DNA of 64,000 nucleotides, from positions 4,838,001 to 4,902,000 of the forward strand of contig CM052818.1 of the NCBI GenBank assembly GCA_028534125.1. Direction: 5' to 3'. Below the pieces are notes generated by a model. That model saw nothing but the letters and a program-made list of their open reading frames with translations, searched no databases and had not been told where the DNA came from. This DNA comes from Lama glama. Its lineage: Eukaryota. This document shows positions 37,010 to 51,029 of the stretch, piece by piece. Position 1 is the first letter of the stretch; the number at the start of each line of letters is the position of its first letter. Position numbers and translations under genes: made by a program.

Positions 37010-37835
37010 TACTCTAGCATGCCTGAATCCCTTTTTGCCATCTCCATTTGGGTGTCTAAAATAGGCATCTCAATCTTAGCCTGTCAAACCTGAACGCCTG
37101 ATACCCCCCCCCAATCCCTGTCTGCCCCTCCTCACAGAAAACACTTTTCACCTATCCAGTTGCTCCGACAAAAATAAACACCTGGGATTCACTCTTGATT
37201 TCTTTTTCTTGCTCCCTTTTGGCTCTGCTTTCAAAATAGATGCAGAATCTGACTAGCTCATACGACTTCTCCCACTGTGGTCAATGTCATCTTTCCCTGT
37301 ATTCCTCACCCCCACCTTCCCATCCCCTCCTTTCACGGCATTCCACATCACCCCGAGTAAAAGCTAAATCTTTTCAGAGCCTTGCATGATCTGCACAGCC
37401 CTGGGCCTCCTGACCACCTCTCCACCACCCTCTCCCTCCATCGCCTGGACCTCCTTGCTCGTGAACAAGTCAAGCATGCTGCTCTCCCAGGGTTTTTGCA
37501 ACTGGCTGCCCCGACTGCCTGGAATGTTCTTTCCACTGACATCCACTTGGCTCTCTTCTTCATCCCCTTCAGATTTTTGCTCAAATGCTCCTGCCAAGTT
37601 TGGCCTTTCCTATCCACTCCTCCAGCTCCCCCCGTCTTCTCGGCTTGCATAGCAGAATAGTTACCCTTATTTGACATGCTGTGTAATAAAGACATTTGTT
37701 TCTTCTGCCTCCCCAGCTAGAATGTAAGCTCCCAGAAGGCAGGGGGTTTTGTCTGCTTGATTCACTGCTGTGTCCCCTTGAACTTAGAACTGTGCCTAAC
37801 ACATAATACATGATCAATACAAATTTAATGACTGA
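37010..37835 (+). mobile_element. L2 LINE 3' region
   Basis: 'catctccatttgggtgtcta..aggcatctcaa', 'ctgcctggaatgttctttcc', 'ctagaatgtaagctcccagaaggcagggggttttgtc'. Confidence 0.85.
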
Positions 37836-40569
37836 AGAGGAAAAATAATGGTGCTTTGAGGGCATTTAAAACAAACAAACCAGTTTGACTGAATGCAGCA
37901 CAGAATGGTTGAGAGAATTACACTGAGACAAATCACAACGCATATTGTTGCCAAATTACATGAATTACAAATTACATAAGCTATATGACTTACTTAATTT
38001 AACGAACTTCATCCTCCGTAATAAAGAGATGTCAACTCTGCTTGCACACACAGGAGGTACTGGCTCCCAGGCTCAGCCATAGAAAGTCTGAATTGTCGAC
38101 ATGTTCTGGGGCGTGTGCTGTATTTGAAGCACTATTTTGAACACGTAAATACATATAAATAGATACCACACATACACATAATACACACATATATACACAC
38201 AAATACATTCACGCACCCATCCATACGTATATACAAGAGTTGGTGAAATAAGCAAGAAGAGACAGATGGAATGTAACCAACATCTAGAACACTCTTGTAA
38301 AGGCAGAAAGGTGTACATGCAGATTACCTGTGATCTTCTGAATCTAGAAAAAAATTGATTTATGAGCCACCTTTCTAAATTAACCTATTTGTAAGGAGAA
38401 GACAGCGTCCACACAGATCTTTAGCTGTCATCCATAACCTCACTACAGAAAATCGTATCTTATAGGCTTAAGCACCAGCAGGACAGAATTTCTAATTAAT
38501 ACCTATGAAGCATTTGTCTTAAATTGATTGGTTCTTCCTGCATGTAAGCCAGTTTGGCTGGCCCGTTCCAAGCAGGAGGACCATTTAAACAGCTCACTGT
38601 GATAATCCTTTTACAATACTCCGATGCACCATTTGTTAGGGCTAATGTATCCTAAACCACAATGGCTTCTGCCCAGGAAGTTCACACGTGTGGGCTGCTT
38701 GGCAATTTCAGACTTATTTTTATCCCCATGAACAGTTATGTATTGTTAGTGATGTAACAACCAGCTTACTGTCCATTGTCAGAAGATCTGTTTGACCATC
38801 ATTAAAGCTTCCAGAAAAAAAAAAGAAATTCCCTTTCCAGTAAGATTCTCTTTTTAAGGCTTTCGCTATAACTTTTTAGGTCTTTCAGAACCGAGGCTCC
38901 GTAGAAAACACGAGACACGCAGATGCAAGTTGGCACGTTAACTCGAGATGTAATTGAAGACACATTTCTCCATGGATTGAAGACTTTTGTTTAGAAATAC
39001 ACTTCCCATTATACTTTTTTGCACATTTAATTTTTTTTCCCAGAAATGGTTCCTTTCATGGTTTCCCTTTTTTTCAAAAAAAAAAAAAAGATTTAATAAT
39101 TTGAGAAGAGGCCTGTTTTGGTTCGGGTGTGACTAAACCAGTTATGGCCCTTCAGATACTCAAGCATTGGGCTAACCATATCCTCTTTTACGGGAAACCA
39201 TTCTGTTCTGCTTACAGAAACTCACGCGAGTTTGCCTCTTCCATTTTTCCAAAATCTGGGTCAGTCAGGAGTATCAATCTTCGTTAGACTCTGGATTTAC
39301 ACAGTTCTGGGAACACAATGGCCATATATTTTTTAAGGATCTTTTTCCACGAGTCCAGCTGTTTTGTGATGGGATCGCTTCTGAGATGCCCGCTCACATG
39401 TTGGAGATGCAGGAGAACGGAGTGTTTCCCGGAGAAAAGATGCCGCCAGCAAGTGGACGCTTCCCGCATCGTTCAGCCCCATTCTGGTGAACAGCGCTTC
39501 GCGTTGCTGGTGGAAATTCAAGCGTGAAGCCAATTTTTATGCTCTAGATGGCAAAAAAATGCAGCTAATTCCGAAGGGTTTTTCCTCCTTCCCCTGGCAG
39601 CTGGGATGTTTACATAGCAGGGATGAAAGGCCTGACATCTGTGTTTACATTTCCACGTAGCAGGGTCCCCCAAACCCACAGTTAGGAATCATTTATATCC
39701 AAGTACCTCTGCCCCAGAATTACAACAGCAAAGTCTTTCAACTTCTCCTCGGCGAGGGCCTTTGATCTCCCTGTGCAAAACGCTCTCTGATGAGTTGTGA
39801 TTGGAAGAGGAGGGCCGGGAAGGTTTTTTTCTTTGACAGCTTCCTCCTTTTTCCACCCCCAGCCATATAGGAACATGACCCAGACCTTTGAGTACCCAAG
39901 CCTTTTTCTATAAATTCCATTGAGTCATCAGAATGAAGTTAAAATGGACTGGTGCAACCGAGGCAGCGGGTTCTCAAAAGAATTTGCAGTTTTGATAAGC
40001 ATTCCAGTTGACTCTCATTTCTGATGTCAGGTAGATTAGAACCACCTGTGTTGCTTATTAGAGGTGAAAAGTCCAGAACCCTATGCAACCCTACTGAATG
40101 TGAATTTCCAGGTGTGGGTCTAGAAATCTGTCTTTTTCACATCTTGAGATGAATCTGATGTATATCGTTAAGAACCTTAAACTGGTTGAACACTGCAGGG
40201 AGGGGGTTTTAATTTGAGGGCTCGGGTACACCAGTCTTTGTCCAAGACACCATCTCAACCTCTGACCCTTTCAGTGAAATGGCGGCTGTCTCTCCAAGTC
40301 GGCATCAGTGTAGGTTGATGAAATGAAATCAATTTCTCCGCAAGTCTCAATGTCTTGTTAAACTTTTTCTGGCCACATTATTCTACTTTCTGTTCATAGA
40401 TTTTTGATTTGTAAATTGAGGCAAAGTAGCTTAGCAGGTTAAAAAATAGTTATAGAACCAGCTTTATAAAGATTTGATTCTGGACCTGATCTAAATTTTC
40501 ATTACTTGGTTTCTGCTGTACCCAGAAATGATACGACTTTTAAAAACTGTGGTAATTATACACTCATGC

Positions 40570-41200
40570 GCATTTGCAAGACATAATACAGAGAGATCTT
40601 TTGTACCATTTATCTAATTTCTCCAGTGATAACATTTTGCAAAATGATGGCACAATTTCACGAGCAGGACACTGACGCTGACACAGACACGATGCACAGA
40701 CCTCATTCAGACTTCCCCAGTTTCACTTGTACTCTTTTGTGTGTGTCGGTGTGTATGTATTTAGTTCTATACGATTGTATCACGTGTGTAAGTTTGAGTA
40801 TCCACCATCACGGTCGAGATACTGAACCGTCCATCACCACAAGGATTTTTGGGTTTCCCTTTTATAACTCCATCCATCTCCCTCCTGCCCCTTCTTTGAA
40901 CCCTTGATGACCACTAATGTGTTCTCTACTTCTGAGTTTTTTGTCTTTCAAAGATATCATTGGAATCACACAGTCTGGGATCTTTTGGGGTTGCTAGCAG
41001 GGTTTTTCACTCAGCATGATTCCCTGGAGATTCCCCGGAGTTGTTGCCTACATCAGCAGTGCTGAGTGGTGCTCCACAGCATGAATATACCACAGTTTGT
41101 TTAATCATTCACTCATCGAAGGACCTCTGGAGTGTTTCCCATGCATGTTCCCTATGAACATTCATGTAAGGGTTCTTGTATGAGTATAACTATACTTACA
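40570..41200 (-). mobile_element. Old L1MB/L1MC LINE-1 3' end
   Basis: 'accactaatgtgttctcta', 'ttttcactcagcatgatt', 'accacagtttgtttaatcattcactcatcgaaggac'. Confidence 0.8.
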
Positions 41201-44200
41201 TTTTATCAGCTTCTTCAATATTTTAAAAATTTCAGCCAATCACAAACCCTGTTGTATCTGTAAAATCTTTCTGTACCACACCACCTCCTGTCATTCTGCC
41301 ATTCCCTCTCATTTCTCTTCCCCATAACATCCTGCTGGATTCTGCTGTGAGAAATTTGTCAAAAAGCAGATCGCAGGAGCTAAAAGAGCTTTCTTGTTGG
41401 ATATAGTTGAAGAAGCTGCTTAGAAGTCAGAGGTCTAAAGGATGATCTTCCCATGCTGTAGCCCTGGGTCCGTCAGTCGTCCGCAGAGTCAGAGATCACT
41501 AGAGCAGTGGGTATTAGAACAAAGTTGTGGTTATCACCACTACAATACCACCAGGACCCCTAGAAAATCACGTGGAAGGAAAACCCTGCCTGGAACTCAC
41601 AGGGTCAAGATAAGTGTTGCTGTTATACAAACAATATAGTTGTACTCACTCGACAATAAGGACTGGGAAAGGATGGGTCCTACATCTTCTGGTATTTTGG
41701 TGAACACTGGACAGTGAATGTCAATGGCAGTCACACCTTAGATACTGGCTGTGCTAATTTGTGGCTAGCTGCAGAAGACGTGCACATACACCCACAACCA
41801 GGGGAAGTCAGTATCCATAAAGCTGTGTTGGTGATTCTGTCCTTAACACTCCTGTGTTTGTTTCATTCCCATTTTCAATTGTGAAGGCGAGGCATTTATT
41901 AACAAAGGCCTAAAGAGCCCTGTTTGTGGTTTTAGATGTCTGCAATAGTAAAATGTTCATAGCCTGAGGGTCCACAGTAAAAAGCAAAATGTGTGCAATT
42001 CCTAAGTACTTATGGAATTTCAAGCACAAACTCACTTGGAGTATTAATGATTTTAATGAAGACAGACATCTAACTTAAAATCAACAAATCATTAGACTCG
42101 CAGTAAAAGTGTAAGCAAAGTCTAATTAATATACATGTTGATTATTTTCCTTGATAAAGACATTGGTCGTTAAGTCTAATGGTGCCTCAAAGATCAACTG
42201 AATAGTGAGAAAGGCAACCAGCCGATGACGTGAGGTCATTTAGTCAAAAGGGTACTTTCTTCCTACTCTCCTCCATCAGAACAATGTCAATTATTATTAT
42301 TGTCATCAAATTATTATCATTTGGTCTTATTTTATCTGAATAAATCCAAACATTCTGGGGTGTAGACTTAGCCTCAAAGTACTCTATAAAATAAAGTGCA
42401 AAGCAGTGTGATATTGGGGATGTAATTTATGTTTTCAATTGTTGTTGAATAAACCTTATTGGGTTCAAGTTGCATTCTTACAGGGGACTTTTTTTCCACA
42501 CTAGCTCTAGTCTCTGGAGAAACAGGTGGCTGCCTTGTGACCACTGAGGAAGGTCAGCCCTATAGCTCTTCTTTATAGATGAGGAGTTTATGTAAATTAG
42601 CCAAGGTCTCATAGCTGGCAAATGGTAGAAAAGAAATTAGAAGCTAGGTCTCTGTGACTCCAAAAATCCTCCAAATTATTTTTCTTTTTCCCTGCTGAAG
42701 AAAGATCATCAGGATATACGAATCACTAGCCTTGGTCCTCACCACCAAGCATTTTTCACATTATGAGAGTAACTCCCTCCCTTGAAAAACAAGAAGTAAG
42801 CAAGCAAGCAAATTCCTTAAGGAATACAAAATATTTCATTCTTACTCAGAACGAGATTAACTGATCTTCTCGTTTGCATAGGGCTAATGTGGATGGCTTA
42901 ATAATTGCTTCTTAAAAAAGAGACTCTTCCGGGAAAACATGTGAATAAATCTGAACTCTCTTCAGTCTTTCCGACTGTCTGAACTTGTTTTAAACAAAAG
43001 AAGGCTGTGATTAAAAAGAAAAAAGCCAAACATTTCAAATCTAGTGGTGAAAAACCTTTTCATCATGCTCAGAGATACCATCAAAGTCCAAGAAATACTG
43101 CAGCGTTATCTAGATGTATACTTTCGAGCTTGACGTAAATGACAGGGTCTCAATCTGCAGTGTGACTCCAGGCCAAAACTAGAGACAGTTCCTAAATTCC
43201 TCAAAGTTACACCAGGAAGAAGCATTGCACATAGGCTGTTGATTTGTCAAAAACTTAATTTTCCGTGACAGCCTCTGCTGAGGAATGAGGAAAGTCAATA
43301 GCCTGAAGTCCACATTACCTTGGACAGCGGCTCGAAGATGGTACAATAAAGAAAGAGACCATAAACTCTGATAAGCAGTGATTTACCAATTAGATGTGAG
43401 AAAAATAAAGAATCATTAAAATGACAAAACACCACGAGTCATTACGGGTTGGCCTAATTAAATAATAGCCCAATGTAAACCCGAGATTTATGCTCTACCA
43501 GCTGCACAATGTGGGTTTATCAAAGAAACGGAAATTGACATACATGGTACACACAGCCTCTCTTGAGCTGTCTCTTTTAACATTGATCTGGAGGTCACCT
43601 AGGGAAATATGCCTCCAACCTTAACTAGTCACTATATTATTTCTGTTGTAACCCAGTCCCCAGTGGAGCATTTATTGCCTTGCCCTGCCTGACGGACAGA
43701 GTGTTGATTTTTCTTGAGCCTTAACCGTTCTCCTCCACCGCAGGCTGCCTTCGCCTATTTTGCTTTCCTCATTCGTGTTGCCCAACAGTGTTAACATCAG
43801 AGTGTTTCTTTTGGCCAAACATCCAGGGCAGCCGTGCTCCAAGCGGTGCCCTCCAGGGCCTTTGGGAAGGGTGTGATTGGGTGGGATGCCTGCGTGTCAC
43901 CGCACACTTGGCACATGATGTGTGCCAGACGGACTTGCGGCCGAGCGGTTCCTGGCCACGTCATTCCACGACTTGAGCTAGAGGATGGCAGCTCTGGGAG
44001 GTAACGTACTTTCCTCCAGAAACAGCCTCCATGCTCCTTTCCCTCTGTTCTCCTAAGAGTCTGCCTTCCCAAAGCCTAAGGACACATGGCGTTCCAAGCA
44101 CAGTGACCACTGTCAGTACGTCCTGAACGTCCACCATTTGCAGGCCCAGTTGTTTGCTTTATACCCCCAATTTCTTCTTCTTCTTATACATTTTAACATA

Positions 44201-44989
44201 TTTATTTTCACAGCAGCTTCCCCCTTAGCAACTGCTAGCCCAGGCTTCAGTGTCTTCAGGTCCTTTTCACTATGTTGGCTGTCATTCATTCTCACCCCAC
44301 TCAACTGCCTGACAGTCTGACTGTGACCCCCTCAATATCACAGACGTGAAGCCGTGGCCTCTTCCAGGATATTTAAATCACAGTTGGTGACAACGCCTTT
44401 GAGAACACGCTGCTGCCTCCAGGCGTCCTGATCAATTATCTGAAATAACAGATGTGATCATGAGCGCCAAGCTCCTGCCTGAGAAACTCATCCTTCTCTT
44501 GAATCTCGTACAGATCATTCTCTCCCCTTGGCTCAGTTCCTGGATGGGAGTGAAGGACCAGACAAGATCACTTGATTGGTGTGATCTACTTCAAGTGCAG
44601 CCAAATTTGGTGCCTAGAAGCAAAAGCTACCACAATGTTTCTTTCTGTTTTCTCGCTTTGTGAAAGCTGTCCAGCTTTCCCTGATGTTTCCCTCCCTCTT
44701 TGGTTCTGCCCATGTGCCTAAGTCGTTTGACTGTTTTAATCAGTCACTAAAAACCAGGTAACAAATGACTGAGGCCAAGTCAACCAGCAGCCTTAATAAC
44801 TCTGCTTTCCAAAGACTTTGTAAATGTCACTGCGCTCATCTGAGTTGTTGGATGGGAGCCCTCAGTCCTTTTCTTAATCTCTAGCTCCTTTTTCTGGTCC
44901 TGAACTTTTCAAGATTTGTATTGATTTTCTTCTCATGAAAAAAATCTTATGAAAGTTTATAAAGAAAAAGTGATACAATAGCAGGGTCA

Positions 44990-45150
44990 TCTATCAAACA
45001 TGTCTATTTATATGCCAGACACTGTGCTGGGCACTTCCTATGCTGTGGTGAATACAGCATGGTCCCTTCCCTCTTGGAGCTGACAGTCTACTGGATAAAG
45101 ACAATGGACAGAGAAGCAAACAAATAAATATGTAATTACAAATTGATAAC
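44990..45150 (-). mobile_element. L2 LINE 3' fragment
   Basis: 'tatatgccagacactgtgctgggcact...gtcccttccctcttggagctgacagtcta'. Confidence 0.75.
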
Positions 45151-45309
45151 AGTGTGCAGGAGAAACACCTAAAACAGTGGCTGGAACATAGTGTTTAATA
45201 AGGAAAAATAATTGTTCCTGTTAATAATAATTATGATATAATAATTACATTTTTGTTATACATAATAGAACAATATTATTATATAATTGTTATTATGCAA
45301 GATAGTGGT

Positions 45310-45790
45310 TATTCTGGCTATCCAGTTTTGCATAACTAATCACGCCAAAATTAAGCGGCTTAGAACAACAACGGAATTTATTTTGCTCATAAATCTGCAG
45401 CTTGGGCAGAGCTCACTAGCATCGGTTGTGGCATCTCAGCTGGAAGCTGGAGGATCTTCTTCCAAGATGACTCACTTACATGCTTGCAATTAGCTAGGAG
45501 CTCAACCAAGCCTGTTGACCGCAGGCCATTTTTCTCTCCATCTGGGTCTTGCAATACGGTGGCTTGAGTTTTTTCACTGCTCGGAGCCTGGATTCTAAGA
45601 ATATTTCAAGTGAAAGAAAGTGGAAGCCACCCTTCAAGCCCGGGATCTAGACACCAGCAGCATCACTCCCATCACATTCTACTGGCCCGGCAGTCACCGA
45701 GCCTGCCCACTTTGAAAAAGAGAGGCCATAGATCACTCTTAATGGGAGGAGGGTCAAAAAATTTGTAGCCATCTTTCAGCTAGCACAGTG
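45310..45790 (-). mobile_element. MLT1 (MaLR) LTR
   Basis: 'gcataactaatcacgccaaaattaagcggcttagaacaaca', 'ggatcttcttccaagatgactcactt', 'catcactcccatcacattctactgg'. Confidence 0.8.
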
Positions 45791-47167
45791 AGTTAAAAAT
45801 ACAAGGTCTAAAATGTGCCTTTTTTTTTTAATACAAAATACCAGCTGATATGACTACAGCTCGTTTATATTTTAAAAGCAATTTCCTTTCTCACTGTGGC
45901 TCCTTGTGTGAGATAGGTGGAATAAATGGAGTTGCCCTCCCTCCACAAGGAATTGAGACAGTGGGATTTTTGACTTGTTTAGGGTCACAGTTGTATTCTA
46001 GCAAACCTAGAGAGGTTTGCTTCCTCCCGGGCTCCATATACTTTCTACAAGTGCCCAGCTTGTGATCAGGCCTTGACCGGTCCTACATACCGGCCTGTGG
46101 CTCAAGAGGAACATAGTTTTGATGGTTAGACCGGTGCATCACTGGTACCCAAGTCTGACGATATCCAGCTGCGGAATGTCTCACTGTGTCTCCGAGGCCT
46201 CGCTTATTGAGATCATTGTCTGGTTTTGGTGTACCATCTGATGTCCCGGCCTTCCTAAGTGATTTTCTGGGCTGGCTTCCCTTTTCACTGGGAATGGAAG
46301 GAGTTGTCAAAAGCATAGTACATTCTTTTCTGCATTGTAAAGCCATCAGGACTTAATTAGGGAAAAATTCTTCAGCAACAATTGATTTGTTCAACCATCA
46401 TTCAATTTGAAGTACTCTCTGTTTATTAAAAACTATTTGAAAGTGGTTGGATGCCCAGCTTTGGGCTTCTGAGTTTGTCGCCATCTATTTTATATCCTGT
46501 CCTTAGCAAGTTTTCTATAATTAGATTGCGATTTGAAAACTGCTTCTGGTTGGAATTTGTTAGAAACTTTCATTTAACACTGATGCTCCTTAGATGTCTA
46601 TAGATTCTGATAAGTAAACTAAAAAAAGAGAGTTGATGAAACCTGACAGCTTTGAGTCTTGGGAAAGTGTTTTAAACCACGGCTCAGTGTCTAAGCCTTT
46701 GGAAAGTCTACTTCCTGTTTGTCTCTAGCTCCTTTTCGCTGAATTTTCAGTCTCCTTTGTGTTTAGAGAAAAGTTGGAGCCACATGTTTCTGATTCATTT
46801 GTAACCAACATTTAGAATGAGCTCACGAAACTATTGTTTTGTAAAAACATGTACTTTACAGTTGCATGCAATCCACTCTAAGCCCTTTCTCTTCTTTAAA
46901 TAAGAAAACAATTCTTTGCCACATTTTACCTTGAAAATAAAAAAAAATTTTTTTTCTTGCAAGATGCTGGAGCCATTGACAGTAGTCTCTCCATGTTGGC
47001 CTCAAACTCAGCTCCAATAAGGATTTGTGAGAATGTCATTGGATCACTGAGTAGTGCTTGACCAGTCTGCAGTTAAAGTTTCCCCAGGACCCAAAAAACA
47101 TCTCTTTCCCTAGTTATCCACTAAATGGGCTATTGCAAATTTTTAGAAATGGGAAGAAAAATAATTT

Positions 47168-47719
47168 TGTTGGGTTGATAAGTGGGGGCACTGGGCAGAT
47201 AGGTCGGGGAGAGGGAAGATAGTCCAGAAGATGGTGTCACGCCTGCCTCCAGCATAAAGGGGCTTTACCTCCTGTAAATGAGCCCCAGCAAAAAACCAGT
47301 TAGAACCCAACAGCTACAGCTGCACTGGAGGCAGAAGGACCTAACGGGACATGACCCAGTGATCGCTGTGATATAATTAGCATTTACAGTTTAGCGCCCC
47401 CCCTGCCCTGCCATGGGTTTTTCCATATGCATCATGGGTAAGGACATGCGCAAAGAGGACAAACATGGCTAGGCATCCAGGGGCAAGAGCCATCAATCAA
47501 TCAAAAGACCACCTCTAAAGGAGGGTCTAAGAGGAAGGGACAAAGACCACTGCTTTTCCTCCCTTGAATCAACTCGCCTCCCGTTCTTGGAGGTGTATTT
47601 TTCCTTTTCTAAATAAACCCTTTAAAATCTTCCACCACCCAGTGCTCCGTCTCCCATCTGACTTACCTTTCAGGCAAGACAAGAACTGGGGTCTTTTCCC
47701 TTCCCCTTTTGGGGGAACA
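47168..47719 (+). mobile_element. Solo ERV LTR
   Basis: TGTT...AACA termini; AATAAA near 47612 followed by a U5-like segment; near-TSD ATTT/GTTT. Confidence 0.65.
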
Positions 47720-48025
47720 GTTTCACATGGAAAGATGAACACCTCTGTAAGCCCAAGAAAGAAACAGCTTGTGGAGATCAAATGCAGGTCAAAATAGAAA
47801 GAAAACAAGAGAAGAGAAACTTTAAGAAACCAAATCACTGGAAGAGAGTCAGCAGAGGAAATGGTGAGAGTGAGGGGGACGTGAGGAGTGGATGTTGTAA
47901 CAGTGATTCTAAACCTGGCTTATAATCAGAGTCAGCTGGATGAGCCACTGCTTCACAAGCACACATTCCTGGGCTGCAGGATGGGTTAGTTTGGGCATCT
48001 GGGAACTTTTTAAAAGCTCCTTAGT

Positions 48026-48153
48026 GGGGAGACTATAGCTCAAGTGGTAGAGCGCATGCTTAGCATGCGTGAGGTCCTGGGTTCAATCCCCAGTATCTCC
48101 TCTAAGAATAAATAAATAAACCTAATTACCTCCCCGTCCAAAAAAAAATAAAC
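48026..48153 (+). mobile_element. tRNA-Ala-derived SINE (Vic-1-like), inserted in a MER5-like element
   Basis: ggggagactatagctcaagtggtagagcgcatgcttagcatgcgtgaggtcctgggttcaatcccc plus AT-rich tail; near-TSD AAAAGCTCCTTAGT / AAAACCTCCTTAAGT. Confidence 0.9.
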
Positions 48154-50766
48154 AAAACCTCCTTAAGTCATTCTGCTGATCAGCCTAATTATTAGAAATA
48201 ATCGGTGAACTCTTCCCACGTGCACACGCGCACACACAAATGTGCAATTATCAGGAGGAAACTGAGATCCGGTCTGAGTTCCATCACTCTATCCTCATCC
48301 CCTGAAACCTGACTCTGCCTTCCTCAAACTATAGGAATCTCAGGTGAATCAGCAGCTTTACGCCTGCAGAATATAGGGTACAGAGTATTTCTTCTATCAG
48401 GTCTCAAACCGGGGCTGACAAAATAGAATAGATGGCTATTAAGATCTAAAATCGAGGCAAGGTGTTTACCTGGTCTCTTCATCTTTAATTTTCAGCTCAC
48501 AACGTGACCATGTGCTTAATGATGAAAGTCCAGTGTCATCGCTGGGGCATTGACAGCTGCTTAAATCCTTTAAGCCTGGATTACATTATGTACATTTTAC
48601 TGCCTTTTAGAATCCTGTCAATGCCCTCAATGGAAATTCTCAATTGCCCAAATGGATTTGAATAAACAGGTTGGTGACTGTTCCAAGTACAGTGTGTGAC
48701 TGGAGCCCCGAGATAGCAAATTCGTAATACCACATTGCCCGTGCAGTCAAGGCAACGCCTCCCCAGCATCTGCCTGGAGGAACACCTAGTATAAAGATAG
48801 CCTGTTTCAAAATAATATTTGGGAACGGGTCCAACTTGGTTTCAGCAATTAAAGGTACCAAGTAAAAGCTCTTCTTACGATTTTTATTAGACTAGCATTT
48901 TCAACAGCCATTAATGAGCCAAGTACAGTGCAGTTTTATAAACAAAGGGATTCAGGCTATTATTATGTATAAATCCTCCCCAAATTACCTGCTCTCATCA
49001 GAAGGCACGATCTGAGAAAGGAAACGACAGTGTTTTGGAAAGTGATGCCATTCTGTAAATAAAATCTGGCAGCAAAAGTTCTTGGCAAAAGAAATGGTGA
49101 TGTCAACATGCCTCAGTTTATTACTACATGAATCAGAAATTAATTCTTCCTCAATCGTTCTCACACATCAGAACCGTGACGGCGTTAACAGAGTCTGAAC
49201 ACTCTATGGGTACTGAGGCTCAATGCAATAAGCTAAAATAAATATAATGGCTGAAGAGGGAAGTAAAGTAGCTTTCTTGAAATTTTCTGGAGAATTGAGT
49301 TTACAGTGACTATGATGTGTGAGGCTGCCAAAGGCTAGATGGGTTCGAGGATGGACAATGTGAAATGATTATGACTTTCATGCCCATAGGAGTTTGTGTG
49401 TTCCCTGGGTGATAACAAACACCAAACACTGTAAGTATAAATTGGCAAGAAGACATCGCTCCTGGAACTGTTTTGCACTCAGCATATTTCATTACTTTTT
49501 CCATCTCCACCAAGTGATGGAGACTGTGAATTTGCTTCTGGAGCTCTTTTTAGCCCATCCCGCCCTTGTCTTCTAACCTTCCAACCAAACATCAGAGAGG
49601 TGGGAAAACATTCATGAGTCCTGCTTGGGGAACGATATTTGCTGTTAATGTTCAGCAAAACAGCTTGATGGGTTGTTCTGGCTCTGAAAAGTTAAGCCCC
49701 AAATTAGGATCTAGACGGAAGAAGCAAAAAAATACATTTAAAAAAGGGAGACACTGAGTTGCTCTCACGTGGAAGGATGTGGGCAGAAAGAATCCAGACG
49801 AAGCAGAAATATCAGAGTAGGAGGAGGGAACTATTAGACAACGAAGTCTGAGGCTCTTCTACCCTTGTCTGAGGTGCCATCTGCCTTGAAGGGTATTAGC
49901 ATCTACCTAGAGCTGAGACATTATCGCCTAGGTAGCTGATAATCAGCTGGGCCTGCTGCTCCCCCTCTTGCTCTGCAGTGGTCCATTCTCCACAACAGCA
50001 GCTGAGATGAACTTTTAAAAATATAAATTAGAAGACGGAAGAAGCAGAGTTTTCTACCATCATTCCCCAGCCCAGAACATTGATTTTTTTGGCAACCACC
50101 TACAGAGGAGGCCGGTAGCTCAGTAGAGAAGTTCCAGCACTTTGTTAGGGCAAAAAATTCCAGAGTAGGTGCACTGAGGAGGGTAAGAATAGCCTCACTT
50201 TATTCAAGCTACCCGTTCCCCAAAGTCCCGCAGCTCGGTGCCAAGAGAGACTCTTTCAGCCTGGGATTTCTTCCACATGGGAAAGTGAGAACATGGTGAG
50301 GGAAGGCCCTGCTTCCCCGCCATTGAAGAGGATGCCCAAGAGGCCGAGTGTCTCGGGGATGCTCAGAGTACAGCACCCAGGACTTGGAACTCATCAGAGG
50401 GTCACAGATCTTGCTAGCCTGTTTCGTGGATGCCGTAAGGATGCTACCCACAAACGGCTTGGACCTCATCACCTACACCTCCCTGCCCACTGCTCACAGG
50501 CACTTGCTCCCAATGCCCTGTGTGCCTCACCCGGCCCATTGAGGTTTGCTCCCCAAGTGCACCACCCCTGCCCTAAGTTTTTAAAAATGGCTCACAAGTA
50601 CACACAGAAAACAGAAAGTTGGCCCGACTCTGTGGGGTTGCAAGAAGTCAGACAGACTTGAGCAGTTCAGGCTACTGCTCTCAGGAGGCTCTCAATAGCA
50701 GTCCGACTTTGCAGGACTGAGGGAAGGCGTACAGTCTTACGAATTTTCTCTCAAGAGGGAACAAGA

Positions 50767-51000
50767 ATTTGCAGATATTAACTACTATATTTGCAGATAC
50801 TAACTGCTATCTGTGAAACAGATAGGTAACAAGTGTCTTCCGTACAGCACAGGGAACTATATTCAGTATCTTATAGTAACCTATAATGAAAAAGAATATG
50901 AAAAGGGATATACGGATGTATATGGATGACAGAAATATTGTGCTGTACACCAGAAATTGACACAACATTGTAAACTGACTGTACTTCAATAAAAAAAAAA
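50767..51000 (+). mobile_element. LINE-1 3' tail
   Basis: 'acagcacagggaactatattcagtatcttatagtaacctataatgaaaaagaatatg...gctgtacaccagaaattgacacaacattg', poly(A). Confidence 0.85.
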
Positions 51001-51029
51001 GAGAGACAAGATACGGAAACCACAAAAAA

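Noticed and set aside
48026..48100. Possible genuine tRNA-Ala(AGC) gene
   Set aside because: Continues into the SINE-specific tail and A-rich end with a TSD, and three diverged relatives occur in the window; it is a SINE head
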